From: Oligoflexia bacterium
GTDB taxonomy: Bacteria > Bdellovibrionota > Bdellovibrionia > JABDDW01
NCBI GenBank assembly: GCA_034439615.1
Contig: JAWXAT010000003.1
Coordinates: 51,973 to 115,972 of the forward strand
Reading direction: 5' to 3'
Length of the DNA stretch: 64,000 nucleotides
In this document: one piece after another, positions 20,553 to 30,905 of the stretch
How the letters are laid out: each line of letters opens with the position of its first letter
Position numbering within the stretch: the first letter of the stretch is position 1
Program-made: the position numbers and the translations under genes
The notes under the pieces: generated by a model
Seen by the model: the letters and a program-made list of their open reading frames with translations, nothing else
Database searches by the model: none
What the model was told of the DNA's origin: nothing

Positions 20553-22325
20553 TTGCGATTCAACGAAGAATTCATCGAAAACGTACGCGAAGCCAATAAT
20601 ATCGTCGATCTCATTGGTCAATTCGTACAGTTACAAAAAGCTGGTTCAAGCTTTCGAGGTCTTTGTCCGTTTCCAAGTCATGCAGAAAAAACGCCGAGTT
20701 TTTACGTCAGTGATGTGAAACAACTCTACCATTGTTTTGGCTGTAAAAAATCTGGCTCAGCTTATAACTTTCTCATGGATTTTCAAGGCATGTCATTTCC
20801 TGATGCGGTGGAGTATCTTGCCAATCGAGCGAATATTGCACTCCCTGTACAAGAAAAAATCACACCAGCTCAGGCTGCAGTGACAGATGAGCGCCATCAA
20901 CAACTCAAAGTAAATAAATATGTGGCCGTATATTTTTATAATAAATTAAAAGCATTGAGCTCAGATCAAGGAGCTCAAAAATATCTTCATGACAGAGGCT
21001 TGACTCCAGAGATCGTTGAAGAATTCAAACTTGGTTATGCATCGACGGGCTGGAGTGATCTAGCAGGGGCATTGCTACGAGCGCGAGCTCCATTACAATC
21101 GGCTGAAAAATTAGGACTCATTAAGAAAAAACAAAGTGGTGATTACTTCGATTTATTTCGCGACCGATTGATGTTTCCGATTTTATCACCTAACGGAAAC
21201 GTTTTAGGTTTTGGTGGAAGAAGTCTTGGCGATCAAATGCCAAAATATATTAATTCTTCTGATAGCCCTGTGTTTAACAAGGGTAAAACTCTTTACGGAT
21301 TACATGTAACTGCAAAACATATTCGCGCTCAAAATGAAGTTTACATCGTTGAGGGCTACATGGATCTCTTAGCGCTTTATCAATTTGGCGTAAAGAATGT
21401 GGTGGCAACACTTGGGACAGCCTTTACTCTCGAGCATGCAAAGAGCCTTAAAAAGCTATGCTCACGTGTTGTCGTACTATTTGACGGTGACGATGCTGGG
21501 CAATTAGCAGCCGATAAAAGTCTTCCGATGCTACTTGATGCCGGAGTTTTTTCTCGATGTCTCTCTTTGCCCGGCCAAAAAGACCCTGATGATTATTTAA
21601 GAGAGTTTGGATTAGAAGAATTCCAGCGTTTAGCGGCACAAGCGCCAGATCATTTCATCAGTTTTATGAATCGTCACATGGCACATTTCAAGGGCCAACC
21701 CAGCGAAAAGGTAGAGCTTCTTGATGTCTTGGGACCTCTTTTGGAGCGTGTAACAGATCAACGGTTGAGAATTCTTTACTTACAAGAAGTGGCAGAGCGA
21801 CTGGGTATGGAGCAACGTCTCGTGGCGCAGCAACTTCGCGCGCAACACGCGCAACCTGCTGAAAATACACAGATAAATGTAAATACTGAGAAGACAGAAA
21901 AAATTCCTACCGAAGAGGAGATCTTGGTTCAATTTATGCTACAGAAACCAGTGCACCTCGAGTTCATTCAAGCTTCGGGTGCCATTGAGAAATTCGTAAA
22001 TAATGAGGCCCGCATGGTTGCCCAAAAGGTAGTTGAAAAATATTGTCAAAACCCAAATGATTTTGATAAATTGGGCGCTTCGCTAAAGGGTGAAGGTGTT
22101 AATTCAGAATTGCTAACAAATCATATTGGATTTAATAGCGGGTTAGACAAAGCAGGAGATGAGCAGTTGATCCAAGATTGCCTTGTACGGGTAAAAGATC
22201 GGTATTTAAAACGCATGTCTAAGAATCTTTTAAACTCGATTAAAAGCGAACCTGATCTCAATAATGAACAGTTAGAAATTTTCATGAAAATTGCAATGGA
22301 ACAAAAAGGCCCCCAACAGCCTTAA
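20553..22325 (+). CDS. dnaG: DNA primase
   Basis: TTG start. Zinc-ribbon CPFPSHAEKTPSF...HCFGC, TOPRIM region (EGYMD, DGDDAG). 590 aa. Confidence 0.93.
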   Translation: MRFNEEFIENVREANNIVDLIGQFVQLQKAGSSFRGLCPFPSHAEKTPSFYVSDVKQLYHCFGCKKSGSAYNFLMDFQGMSFPDAVEYLANRANIALPVQEKITPAQAAVTDERHQQLKVNKYVAVYFYNKLKALSSDQGAQKYLHDRGLTPEIVEEFKLGYASTGWSDLAGALLRARAPLQSAEKLGLIKKKQSGDYFDLFRDRLMFPILSPNGNVLGFGGRSLGDQMPKYINSSDSPVFNKGKTLYGLHVTAKHIRAQNEVYIVEGYMDLLALYQFGVKNVVATLGTAFTLEHAKSLKKLCSRVVVLFDGDDAGQLAADKSLPMLLDAGVFSRCLSLPGQKDPDDYLREFGLEEFQRLAAQAPDHFISFMNRHMAHFKGQPSEKVELLDVLGPLLERVTDQRLRILYLQEVAERLGMEQRLVAQQLRAQHAQPAENTQINVNTEKTEKIPTEEEILVQFMLQKPVHLEFIQASGAIEKFVNNEARMVAQKVVEKYCQNPNDFDKLGASLKGEGVNSELLTNHIGFNSGLDKAGDEQLIQDCLVRVKDRYLKRMSKNLLNSIKSEPDLNNEQLEIFMKIAMEQKGPQQP

Positions 22326-22346
22326 TAGTTTAATTTTAGGAGACCC

Positions 22347-24215
22347 ATGGCTAAGAAAACTAAAACAAATAACGACACGGATAAGCCCGGAAAAAAAGAA
22401 GGCAAATCAGCCAAGGCTGCACCTGTCGAAAAACTCTCCGTAAAACAACTGCAAGATAAGATCGTCTCTGAAATAAAGAGATTTATCAGCATGGGTAAAA
22501 GCCGTGGGTACTTAACCTATGAAGAAGTAAATGATCTTTTGCCAGCTGAAATTGCAAGTCCTGAGCTTCTCGATATGCTTATGGAAGCTCTTGATCAAAA
22601 TGACATCAAGCTTGTTGATTCAACCAAAAAAGTAAAAGGTAAAGACGGAGAAGAATTCCTCAAAGAACCTACCGAAGCTGCGGCAGAGGAAGAAGAAGAA
22701 GAGGAAGAAGAAGACGAAGAAGGTGGCAAGGGTAATGACCCTGTACGTCTCTATCTTCGCAAAATGGGAAGTGTAAGTCTTCTCACGCGAGAAGGCGAAG
22801 TAGAGATCGCTAAGAAAATTGAAGAAGGTGAATTAGAGATTCTAAAAGTTATTTTGAGTTCACCTCTTGGTACTGGCGAAATCATCAATATCGGTGAACG
22901 TCTTGATAAAGGTCGCATTAAAGTAAAAAGTATTTTTCGCGGTCTTGAAGACGAAGACACAACATACGACGAAAAAGAATATATCCAAAAAATTTATGAT
23001 CTCATTGGTCACGTTAAAGCTTACAAGAAAAAATCTCAAAAATGTTTTGATCAACTCAATAAACATGGCCTGAGCCCAGCGACAAAAGAAAAAATTCATG
23101 CAGAGCTCAATGAGAATAAAGCAGAGGTTTTTAAGAACTTCCAAGACGTAAGCTTTAATAGAAAAACTATTGATCGCATTGTAATTAAATTTAAAAACTT
23201 AGTAACACGTCTGAATCAACTCAATAGTCTCATCACTATGGGTGTTCGTCGTGCAGATACAGCAAACATCGAAGAACTCAACGAGCTGAGCAAGCGATTA
23301 AAAGATAATCCTAAAGATCGCAGTAAGTTTATGCGCGATACTAGCATGACTTGCGAAGCGCTTGACGTTTTATGTGAGCAATTAAACACAGCTAAAAAAC
23401 GTATTGATCGAGTTGAAGTTGAAGCTCAGATGCACACTATGTGGGTTAAAGACACTTACTGGGGCATCGAAGGCGGAGAAAGAAAAGCTGACAAGGCTAA
23501 ATCAGAACTTGTTGAAGCAAACCTTCGCTTGGTTGTTAGTATTGCGAAAAAATATACAAACCGTGGTCTTCAATTCTTGGATTTAATTCAAGAGGGAAAC
23601 ATTGGTTTGATGAAAGCCGTTGATAAGTTTGAATACCGTCGTGGTTATAAGTTTTCAACTTATGCCACATGGTGGATTCGTCAGGCCATCACACGCGCCA
23701 TTGCCGATCAAGCTCGAACAATTCGTATTCCTGTACATATGATCGAGACCATTAATAAATTGATTCGCACTTCACGTTATCTTGTTCAAGAAATTGGTCG
23801 TGAGCCAACTCCTGAGGAGATAGCTGTGAAAATGGAAATGCCTATTGATAAAGTTCGTAAGGTTCTCAAAATTGCAAAAGAACCTATCAGTCTCGAAACA
23901 CCAGTAGGTGAAGAAGAAGACAGTCATTTAGGTGACTTTATCGAAGATAAAAAAGTTATTAATCCATCTGATGCCATCATTAATTTAAATTTAGCAGAGC
24001 AAACACGCCGAGTGCTTGCGACACTTACACCTCGTGAAGAAAAAGTACTTCGCATGCGTTTTGGTATTGGTGAGGAAAGTGATCATACTCTCGAAGAAGT
24101 TGGACAAGATTTTAATGTAACTCGAGAGAGAATTCGTCAGATTGAGGCAAAGGCGTTGAGAAAACTCCGTCATCCTAGTCGTGCGAAGAAGTTAAAAGCG
24201 TTTATTGATAATTAA
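22347..24215 (+). CDS. rpoD: RNA polymerase sigma-70 factor
   Basis: Region 1.2 ([24 protein letters not shown]), an acidic spacer, region 2 ([50 protein letters not shown]) and region 4 are all present. Confidence 0.95.
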   Translation: MAKKTKTNNDTDKPGKKEGKSAKAAPVEKLSVKQLQDKIVSEIKRFISMGKSRGYLTYEEVNDLLPAEIASPELLDMLMEALDQNDIKLVDSTKKVKGKDGEEFLKEPTEAAAEEEEEEEEEDEEGGKGNDPVRLYLRKMGSVSLLTREGEVEIAKKIEEGELEILKVILSSPLGTGEIINIGERLDKGRIKVKSIFRGLEDEDTTYDEKEYIQKIYDLIGHVKAYKKKSQKCFDQLNKHGLSPATKEKIHAELNENKAEVFKNFQDVSFNRKTIDRIVIKFKNLVTRLNQLNSLITMGVRRADTANIEELNELSKRLKDNPKDRSKFMRDTSMTCEALDVLCEQLNTAKKRIDRVEVEAQMHTMWVKDTYWGIEGGERKADKAKSELVEANLRLVVSIAKKYTNRGLQFLDLIQEGNIGLMKAVDKFEYRRGYKFSTYATWWIRQAITRAIADQARTIRIPVHMIETINKLIRTSRYLVQEIGREPTPEEIAVKMEMPIDKVRKVLKIAKEPISLETPVGEEEDSHLGDFIEDKKVINPSDAIINLNLAEQTRRVLATLTPREEKVLRMRFGIGEESDHTLEEVGQDFNVTRERIRQIEAKALRKLRHPSRAKKLKAFIDN

Positions 24216-24260
24216 ACAGTATTGTAGATTTAGATTTTTTTTAGAAGTGGAAGCGCGTAC

Positions 24261-24337
24261 GGGCCTATAGCTCAGCTGGTTAGAGCTCCCGGCTCATAAC
24301 CGGGCAGTCCCAGGTTCGAATCCTGGTGGGCCCACCA
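24261..24337 (+). tRNA. tRNA with CAU anticodon (elongator tRNA-Met; tRNA-Ile2 (LAU) not excluded), CCA encoded
   Basis: gggccta ta gctcagctggttagagc tcccgg ctCATaa ccggg cagtc ccaggttcgaatcctgg tgggccc a cca. The 1-72 G-C pair and the anticodon stem argue against an initiator. Confidence 0.88.
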
Positions 24338-24371
24338 TTTAATGAAAGTTTTAATCTCTGCGAGGAGGCAA

Positions 24372-25082
24372 ATGTTAATACGAGAAGAGCTTGAGAAGTT
24401 AAGTAGGTTGCAAGAGTTGGATTTAAAAATCGATCGAGCTCGAAAACTAGTTAGTTCAGCGCCCTCCGCTTTTGCTAAGGTGGAAGATGAAATCAAAACG
24501 CAAACGTCAGCTTTAACAGCTGCTCAAAATCTAAAAGCTGATCTTGAAAGACAAAAGCGTTCACTTGAATCAGAAATCACAATGGATGGCGATCGCATTA
24601 AAAATATCGAATCGCGACTCAGTGGTGTAACAAACAATAAAGAATTCCACGCAGCTTCAAAAGAATCTGATAAAGCAAAAAAAATGATCAGTGATCGTCA
24701 AAAAACAGTCGGTGAGCTTGCAGAAAAAATCACATCTCAAGATACTTTACTCGCAGAAATTCAAGCGCGTTTAGATGATCTTGCTAAAGTACTTGTTGAT
24801 AAAAAATCTGAGGTTGGTAGCCAAGTTGGTGAAGCTGATAAAGAAATCGCAGCATACGCTGGTGATCGTAATTCTATGGTGGCTGGAATTAATCCTCCAC
24901 TGATTAGTCGTTATAATCGTATTCGCGCTGTTTATAGCGATGCAATTGTAACTGTAAATTCAGGTCATTGCACATCTTGTAACGTTGCTTTGCCCCCACA
25001 AATGTACATTCGTGTTCAAAAGGGTGAAGATCTCATTACCTGTCCTAATTGCCAAAGACTCTTGTATTACAAAATACAGTGA
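24372..25082 (+). CDS. Zinc-ribbon / coiled-coil protein (COG1579 / DUF164 family)
   Basis: C-terminal CTSCNVALPPQ...CPNCQRL zinc ribbon after a long coiled coil. ATG 24372 follows a GAGGAGG RBS; the track start 24342 lacks an RBS. Confidence 0.7.
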   Translation: MLIREELEKLSRLQELDLKIDRARKLVSSAPSAFAKVEDEIKTQTSALTAAQNLKADLERQKRSLESEITMDGDRIKNIESRLSGVTNNKEFHAASKESDKAKKMISDRQKTVGELAEKITSQDTLLAEIQARLDDLAKVLVDKKSEVGSQVGEADKEIAAYAGDRNSMVAGINPPLISRYNRIRAVYSDAIVTVNSGHCTSCNVALPPQMYIRVQKGEDLITCPNCQRLLYYKIQ

Positions 25083-25098
25083 ACGTAGATAAACACTG

Positions 25099-25518
25099 AT
25101 GGGGCCACAAGCAAAGCTTCCCCATGAAGTGATTGTTTATACCGATGGTGCAAGTCGAGGTAATCCCGGGCCTGCATCTGCGGGTGTCGCTATTTTTTCA
25201 GCCGATGGTAAGTTACTCGAAGAGATTTCACTTAAGCTGGGTAATCAAACAAATAATTTTGCTGAATACACCGCACTCATTGAAGCATTAAAAGCTTGTG
25301 CTGCCGGTGGAGCAAAAGTTCTTATGGTGCGCGCTGATTCGCAGTTTATGATTCGACAAATGCAAGGTCTTTATAAGGTCAAAGCTGAGGGGATTATTCC
25401 GCTCTATCAACAATGCAAAAAATTAACAGCACATTTTGAAGTAATTAAATTTGAACATATTCCACGAGAACAAAATGTTCATGCCGATAGGTTGGCTAAT
25501 AAAGCGTTGGATAGTTAA
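25099..25518 (+). CDS. rnhA: Ribonuclease HI
   Basis: VIVYTDGASRGNPGPASAGVAIF...NNFAEYTALIEAL...HADRLAN are the RNase H catalytic motifs. 139 aa. Confidence 0.9.
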   Translation: MGPQAKLPHEVIVYTDGASRGNPGPASAGVAIFSADGKLLEEISLKLGNQTNNFAEYTALIEALKACAAGGAKVLMVRADSQFMIRQMQGLYKVKAEGIIPLYQQCKKLTAHFEVIKFEHIPREQNVHADRLANKALDS

Positions 25519-25577
25519 ATATTTTATCGCTGAACATCATGTATCTTGGCCTTCAGAGCCACTTCTGTTATAAATGT

Positions 25578-25937
25578 AATTCTCAAAAGTAGAGTGGATG
25601 ATCGCTGCTTCAGGCTTTTATAGATGAAGGAGAGGAAAGTCCGGACTCCGTTGGATAGTGCAAAGGGTAACGCCCTTCCGCCGTGAGGCGAGGAACAGTG
25701 GAACAGAGAGAATGTCCAGGGCATTGAGCCGGAACACGGGAACGGGAGTTTTCGGGGAGCCGCTGGAGTGAAAACAGCCAAACTCTGCACGGAGCAAGAT
25801 CAAATAGGGAAGCAATAGTAGGGTGTATCCGCCCGTAGCTTCCGGGTAAGATCGCTTGAGCCTTGAGAGTAATCTCAGGCCTAGAGGAATGATCATCCTC
25901 GACAGGATCCGGCTTACAGCTTTACTTGTGAGAATTA
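25578..25937 (+). ncRNA. rnpB: RNase P RNA (bacterial type A)
   Basis: The conserved GGAAAGTCCGGACTCC (P4 5' strand) and ACAGAGAGAATG.. / ..GGATCCGGCTTA (P4 3') motifs are present. P1 pairs aattctcaaaagtagag (5') with ctttacttgtgagaatt (3'). A terminator follows. Two ORF-track ORFs on the minus strand overlap it and are spurious. Confidence 0.85.
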
Positions 25938-25938
25938 T

Positions 25939-25978
25939 GCGGGCTTTAACGCTAAAACGTTAAAGCCCGCACTTTTTT
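25939..25978. terminator. Rho-independent terminator after rnpB, probably bidirectional and also serving the convergent AMMECR1 gene
   Basis: 13-bp stem gcgggctttaacg / cgttaaagcccgc with a 6-nt loop, then acttttttg. Confidence 0.6.
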
Positions 25979-26002
25979 GTAAGGTTAAGCTTAAATATTT
26001 TT

Positions 26003-26578
26003 TTACGAAATAAATTCTTCAATGGCATTGAGTAGTGGGCCGCCATTAAGTTCAATGCCCGTAAAATACTCAACTAGTGTATTTGGATCTCTCCACGCTT
26101 TATGAGACAGCTTCGCTTTTTCGCAACACGCTTCTAAAAATTGTTCAGACGACCAATTATTATCACTTGCCACGTGTGGCAGTAAGACGGCGCGATTGGC
26201 TCCTCGAGAGATGATAAGGCCAGTTTGTTTAATTTTGATGTCATCTGCTGATTTAAGTTTTTTTATTTCTGATAAAAGTGTCACGTTGATTTCAAGATCT
26301 TTGATTTCATTTTCTTCAATTGGGGGGTGACGAGAATCATGTGTTGCTGCGGTTCCAGCTACTTCAAAAAGTGTTTCAGCTAAAGTTGTATTTGAATCTA
26401 AAAGCCCCATGCTTCCGCGAATATTTCCTGATTTTTTCAGCGTGATAAAGAGGCCGGTTTTATGTTCCCAGCGCGGATCTAGAACTTGCTTGAGTTGTTT
26501 ACTCATAGTTTTGCCGGTGACAATTTGCCAGACACCTAACGAGGCTATTTGAATGACTTGTTTATCAAATTCAGACAT
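26003..26578 (-). CDS. AMMECR1 domain protein
   Basis: GLFITLKKSGNIRGSMG matches the AMMECR1 FVTL...LRGCIG region with Cys replaced by Ser. AVLLPHVASDNNWSSEQFLEACCEKAKL matches the family C-terminus. Confidence 0.7.
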   Translation of the reverse strand: MSEFDKQVIQIASLGVWQIVTGKTMSKQLKQVLDPRWEHKTGLFITLKKSGNIRGSMGLLDSNTTLAETLFEVAGTAATHDSRHPPIEENEIKDLEINVTLLSEIKKLKSADDIKIKQTGLIISRGANRAVLLPHVASDNNWSSEQFLEACCEKAKLSHKAWRDPNTLVEYFTGIELNGGPLLNAIEEFIS

Positions 26579-26740
26579 AAACGCAAATTAACCTTACTCG
26601 GTTAAAAATAACAGTGAATTTCGCTCTGCATTGACCATTTTGATGTTTTGTGTCAGAGGATGAGTTATGTAAGAATCACATAATTTCAAAAGCAATTAAA
26701 AGGTGTGAAACCTGCTCCAGATAAGGGTAGTTAAAAGGTT

Positions 26741-27247
26741 ATGGATTTAAGAAAATCGTTGTTTCAATTAGAGCAATTAAGCCCAAGGCTTGCACGAAAA
26801 CTGTGGGAGCTCACACCTTTGATGAGTGCTCCTTTGACTTTAGTCATGGGCTTTAAAGTAAAGCTGTTAACCGATACATCGGTTGAAGTAGAAATTCCAT
26901 ATGGAAGACAAAATCGAAATGAAGTGGGGCAATTGCAAAGTTCAGTTTTAATTGCGGCAGCTGAGTACGCATCTAACATGTTATGGAAGCGACATCTTAA
27001 TCCAGAATTAGATCAAGTGAGATTAGAGGCATTACAAAGTCAGTTTTTTAAGCCGGCATTTTCAGCAGTGCGTGTGCGAGCATCGCTTGGAGAAATTGAA
27101 CGAGAAAAAGTATTACGAAAGATTCGTTCAGGTGAAGAAGTAACGTGTGAATTATCAGTAGTAGTGACAGATGAAAAAGATCAAACAGTAGCAAGCGTAA
27201 ATGGACATTGGATTTTAAAAACACTGCGTCCGTTGGCTTTAGGTTAA
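26741..27247 (+). CDS. Hotdog-fold thioesterase-like protein (DUF4442-like)
   Basis: About 168 aa. Size and pattern are consistent with PaaI / hotdog-fold proteins. Assignment is weak. Probably co-transcribed with hppD. Confidence 0.4.
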   Translation: MDLRKSLFQLEQLSPRLARKLWELTPLMSAPLTLVMGFKVKLLTDTSVEVEIPYGRQNRNEVGQLQSSVLIAAAEYASNMLWKRHLNPELDQVRLEALQSQFFKPAFSAVRVRASLGEIEREKVLRKIRSGEEVTCELSVVVTDEKDQTVASVNGHWILKTLRPLALG

Positions 27248-27258
27248 GGAGAAATAAC

Positions 27259-28302
27259 GTGAGTATTAAATTAAATGGTGTGGATTCAATCGAATTTGCA
27301 GTGAAATCACTAAGCGAAAGAGAAAAGCAATTAACCGATTGGGGTTTTAGTAAACTTGGTGAGGGAAAATCATCTTCAACGCGAAGTACACTTTGGGGGC
27401 AAGGGAAAATAAAGTTTATCCTTTCACAAGGAGATGATGACAAAAGTTATGCATCAAAATTTGTAGCCGCACATGGTGATGGAATTTGTCAAGTTGCACT
27501 CAACGTTGACGATGCAGAAAAAACTTACAGCGAAGCAGTAAAACGTGGAGCTACAGAGGTACATGAGCCTAAAAAAGATAAATTAGCTGATGGTGATTAT
27601 ACGCAAGCAAGTATTAAGGCTGTAGGTGATGTCTTGCATACTTTTGTTTCACGCAAAAACACTCGTGTTTTTAACCCCGTTGTCCAAGTAGAAGTTGAAA
27701 ATTACCCTAAAGGTTTTGGAATGTTTGCTGTAGATCATCTCACTTGCAACGTTGAAGCAGGCAAGATGGAATATTGGGCTGATTTTTATCATAAGATTTT
27801 TGATTTTAAAGTCACACGGTTTTTTAAAATCACAACTGGCCGCACAGGATTATTGAGTAAGGTATTGGAGAATTCTGAGGGCACAGTTAAAATCCCTATA
27901 AATGAACCTACTGAAACTAAGAGCCAGATTCAAGAATACTTAAATGTGAATCATGGTGCTGGAGTTCAACATTTAGCGCTTTCAACGGCTGATATTTTAG
28001 AGACACTTCCTCAATTGAGAAAATCGGGGCAAGAATTTTTAAATGTCCCAGATACTTATTATGATGATGTTCCTAAGCGCATTAATAATATGAAAGAAGA
28101 TTTAAAAAAACTTCAAGCACAGCGCATTTTAGCTGATGGTGATAATTCTGGTTATTTACTGCAAATTTTTTCACAAAATGCAGTGGGACCATTTTTCTTT
28201 GAAGTCATTCAGCGTGCAGGCAATCAAGGGTTTGGCGAAGGAAATTTTAAAGCACTATTTGAAGCTATCGAAAGAGATCAAGAGCGACGTGGTGTTTTAT
28301 AA
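27259..28302 (+). CDS. hppD: 4-hydroxyphenylpyruvate dioxygenase
   Basis: GTG start after an aaggag RBS. Two VOC domains. HLALSTADILETL and the C-terminal LLQIFSQNAVGPFFFEVIQRAGNQGFGEGNFKALFEAIE are HPPD hallmarks. Confidence 0.9.
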   Translation: MSIKLNGVDSIEFAVKSLSEREKQLTDWGFSKLGEGKSSSTRSTLWGQGKIKFILSQGDDDKSYASKFVAAHGDGICQVALNVDDAEKTYSEAVKRGATEVHEPKKDKLADGDYTQASIKAVGDVLHTFVSRKNTRVFNPVVQVEVENYPKGFGMFAVDHLTCNVEAGKMEYWADFYHKIFDFKVTRFFKITTGRTGLLSKVLENSEGTVKIPINEPTETKSQIQEYLNVNHGAGVQHLALSTADILETLPQLRKSGQEFLNVPDTYYDDVPKRINNMKEDLKKLQAQRILADGDNSGYLLQIFSQNAVGPFFFEVIQRAGNQGFGEGNFKALFEAIERDQERRGVL

Positions 28303-30905
28303 TGGAAAACATCAAAGATCTAATAGGGTGTCGATGTCACGCTGGTAATTACTTTGCACCACGGCCACATGTTAAAGAAAAAGTACCGGCGCATACGTTT
28401 CCTTGGGCAAAGGTTCAGTACAGTGAAGAAAGACCTGTACTGCCAATTCATCAGTTTTTAGATCTTGTTTTAGATGTGAAAGAAAAAACACTTAAAGGCA
28501 GTAACACGATTTCATTTAAGGTTGCATATCGCGAAGTTAATTCTTTTAAAATTGATTCCATCGATTTACGTATTTCTACTGTTGAAATTAATAAAAAATC
28601 TATTCAATTTGAAGTCCAAGAAAAACACATTATGATTTTTCTGCCCGATACACTTAAGCGCGGCGACACGGGTGAAGTAAAAATAAATTATGAAGCCCGT
28701 GATCCAAAGGCAGGGATTTATTTTATAAACCCTGATGATAAATATCCAAATCGTCCTATTCAGGTTTGGACTCAAGGTCAAGATGATGATTCTCGTTATT
28801 GGTTTCCTTCATTTGATGAGCCGGGAATTAAATGTTCATTTGAAATGAAAATAGAAGTACCCGCGGGTTTCATCGCAACAAGTAATGGCGCTTTATTGAG
28901 TGAATCAAGAAGTGGTAAATACTGGACGTTTCACTGGCGAAGTGGGGCGTTGATTCCGAGTTATCTTGTGACGCTTACTGCTGGAATGTTTTCTGAGATT
29001 AAAGAAACATGGCGTGGAAAACTAGTTGCTTATCTTTGTGAAAAAGGGCGTGAAGAAGAGGTTAAGCTGAGCTTTGGAAAAACTCCGAAGATGATGGATC
29101 TTTTTAGTGAAAAACTGGGTGTTGAGTATCCGTACGAAAAATACTATCAAATCGCAGTAGCAGAATTTGTTTTTGGCGGAATGGAAAATACATCTGCCAC
29201 CACACAAACAGATACGGTTTTACACCCTCTAGAGCTTGATGAAGATTTTACTAGTGATGATCTGGTGTCTCACGAACTAGCGCATCAGTGGTTTGGGAAT
29301 CTTGTGACCTGTAAATCCTGGAGTCATGGCTGGCTAAACGAAGGCTGGGCTACGTTTATGGAGACGGTTTTTAAAGAGGTCGACCTTGGAGTTGAAGAAA
29401 CTCACTATTTTCGATTCGAAGAACTCAATATTTATTTAGCAGAAGATTCGGGCCTTTACCGTAGACCTATTGTTACTCATTTTTATAGTGACCCAGGTGA
29501 AGTTTGGGATCGGCATTTGTATCAAAAAGGTGGGCTTGTATTAAATATGCTCAAAAATCTAATTGGTAATGAAGATTTTTGGAACGGAACGAAAAATTAT
29601 CTGTTGTTACATAAAGGTGGTGCAGTTGAGACCGTTGATTTTCAAAGAGCACTTGAGAAAGAATCTGGCAAAAATCTTCAAGAGTTTTTTGATCAATGGA
29701 TTTTTAAAGCCGGTCATCCAGAATTAAAAGCCGGTTTTGAGTGGGATCAAACTCAAAAAATTGCAAAACTCAAATTTAATCAAAAACAAACTGTAGATGC
29801 ATTAACTTCACTTTTTAAAATTGATTCAGAAATTGAATTTGTTTTCTCAGATAAGTCGGTTGTGAAGCTTCCTATTAAAATCGATGAAAAAGAGCAGACA
29901 TTTGCAGCTCATTTAAAAGAGAAGCCATTGTATTGTCGTTTTGATGTTGGAAATTCAATTATCAAAACACTTGAATGGGCATTGCCGCTTGAGATGCTCA
30001 AAAATCAATTAAAAAATGATGACGATGTGATTGGTAAAATATGGGCGATTAAAGCAATTGCAAAGGAAGCAACGAGTGAGGGGATCGACACATTAATTGA
30101 TCGCCTCGATAATGATTCATTTTGGGGAATTCGTATTGAAGCTGCTGCAGCTTTAGGAAGTACACGTTCAAATCAAGCACGTAAGGCCTTGTTACGAGCA
30201 TTGAAAAAAGAAAAGAAAGGTAAAGTGCGCACGCGTATTTGTTTAGCCCTGGGTGATTTTCGAGATCAAGAAGTTGCAGATGTACTGATTGCGACACTTG
30301 AATCTGATAAAAATATTTTTGTTCGTGGTGCCGCAGCCAATGCATTAGGACGTACAAAATCTCAAAATGCTTTTGATGCACTTAAAAAAGCGCTTAAAAC
30401 TAAAACCTGGAATGACTATGTTGCAACACACGCCAATGTGGGTTTAAGAATGTTGCGCGACGCAAACGCGTTGCCATTATTTTTAGAGAATGCCCGCTAT
30501 GGAGCGCCTAAGTTTGCAAGGCCCGCCGCAACCATTGCACTTGGCGAGTATGGTCTTGATCGCGTTGAGGTCACAGAATTTTTAAAAGAAAGTTTGGATG
30601 ATCCATATTTACGTGTACGTTTTGCAGCCACTGATGCACTTGTGCGCAGGCGCGATCCGAGTGTCGCATGGGCACTAGAAGATGCCGCTCACCGCATTGT
30701 CGATGGTCATTTTAAAGCCGCAGCATTTCGTGCAGCAAAACGAGTGCGACACAATCAAGAGCGCCCTGAAGAGTTTACTGATTTTAAAGATACTCTTGAG
30801 AAGCTGCTTGATGAAAATCGAAAGCTGAAAGATCGCATGGAAATGCTTGAAGTAAAACCGCCGACACTTATCGCGAAAAAATCTAAGAAAACAAAACGTA
30901 AATAA
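28302..30905 (+). CDS. M1-family aminopeptidase (aminopeptidase N-like) with C-terminal HEAT/ARM-like repeats
   Basis: GMENTSA plus HELAHQWFGNLVT...WLNEGWATF (GxMEN, HExxH-18-E). C-terminal repeats resemble HEAT. The N-terminal start is uncertain. Confidence 0.85.
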   Translation: MENIKDLIGCRCHAGNYFAPRPHVKEKVPAHTFPWAKVQYSEERPVLPIHQFLDLVLDVKEKTLKGSNTISFKVAYREVNSFKIDSIDLRISTVEINKKSIQFEVQEKHIMIFLPDTLKRGDTGEVKINYEARDPKAGIYFINPDDKYPNRPIQVWTQGQDDDSRYWFPSFDEPGIKCSFEMKIEVPAGFIATSNGALLSESRSGKYWTFHWRSGALIPSYLVTLTAGMFSEIKETWRGKLVAYLCEKGREEEVKLSFGKTPKMMDLFSEKLGVEYPYEKYYQIAVAEFVFGGMENTSATTQTDTVLHPLELDEDFTSDDLVSHELAHQWFGNLVTCKSWSHGWLNEGWATFMETVFKEVDLGVEETHYFRFEELNIYLAEDSGLYRRPIVTHFYSDPGEVWDRHLYQKGGLVLNMLKNLIGNEDFWNGTKNYLLLHKGGAVETVDFQRALEKESGKNLQEFFDQWIFKAGHPELKAGFEWDQTQKIAKLKFNQKQTVDALTSLFKIDSEIEFVFSDKSVVKLPIKIDEKEQTFAAHLKEKPLYCRFDVGNSIIKTLEWALPLEMLKNQLKNDDDVIGKIWAIKAIAKEATSEGIDTLIDRLDNDSFWGIRIEAAAALGSTRSNQARKALLRALKKEKKGKVRTRICLALGDFRDQEVADVLIATLESDKNIFVRGAAANALGRTKSQNAFDALKKALKTKTWNDYVATHANVGLRMLRDANALPLFLENARYGAPKFARPAATIALGEYGLDRVEVTEFLKESLDDPYLRVRFAATDALVRRRDPSVAWALEDAAHRIVDGHFKAAAFRAAKRVRHNQERPEEFTDFKDTLEKLLDENRKLKDRMEMLEVKPPTLIAKKSKKTKRK

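Noticed and set aside
22751-23144. Antisense ORFs 22751..22960 and 22860..23144 inside rpoD
   Set aside because: They lie fully within the strongly supported rpoD CDS on the opposite strand. The acidic E-rich tract of rpoD ([12 protein letters not shown]) is a normal sigma-70 spacer feature, not a repeat artefact.
24272-24496. ORF 24272..24496 (-), 74 aa
   Set aside because: It overlaps tRNA-Met and the start of the COG1579 gene on the opposite strand. Spurious.
25524-25896. ORFs 25524..25790 (-) and 25618..25896 (-), 88 and 92 aa
   Set aside because: They lie entirely inside the RNase P RNA gene on the opposite strand. No RBS, and the products are low-complexity. Spurious.
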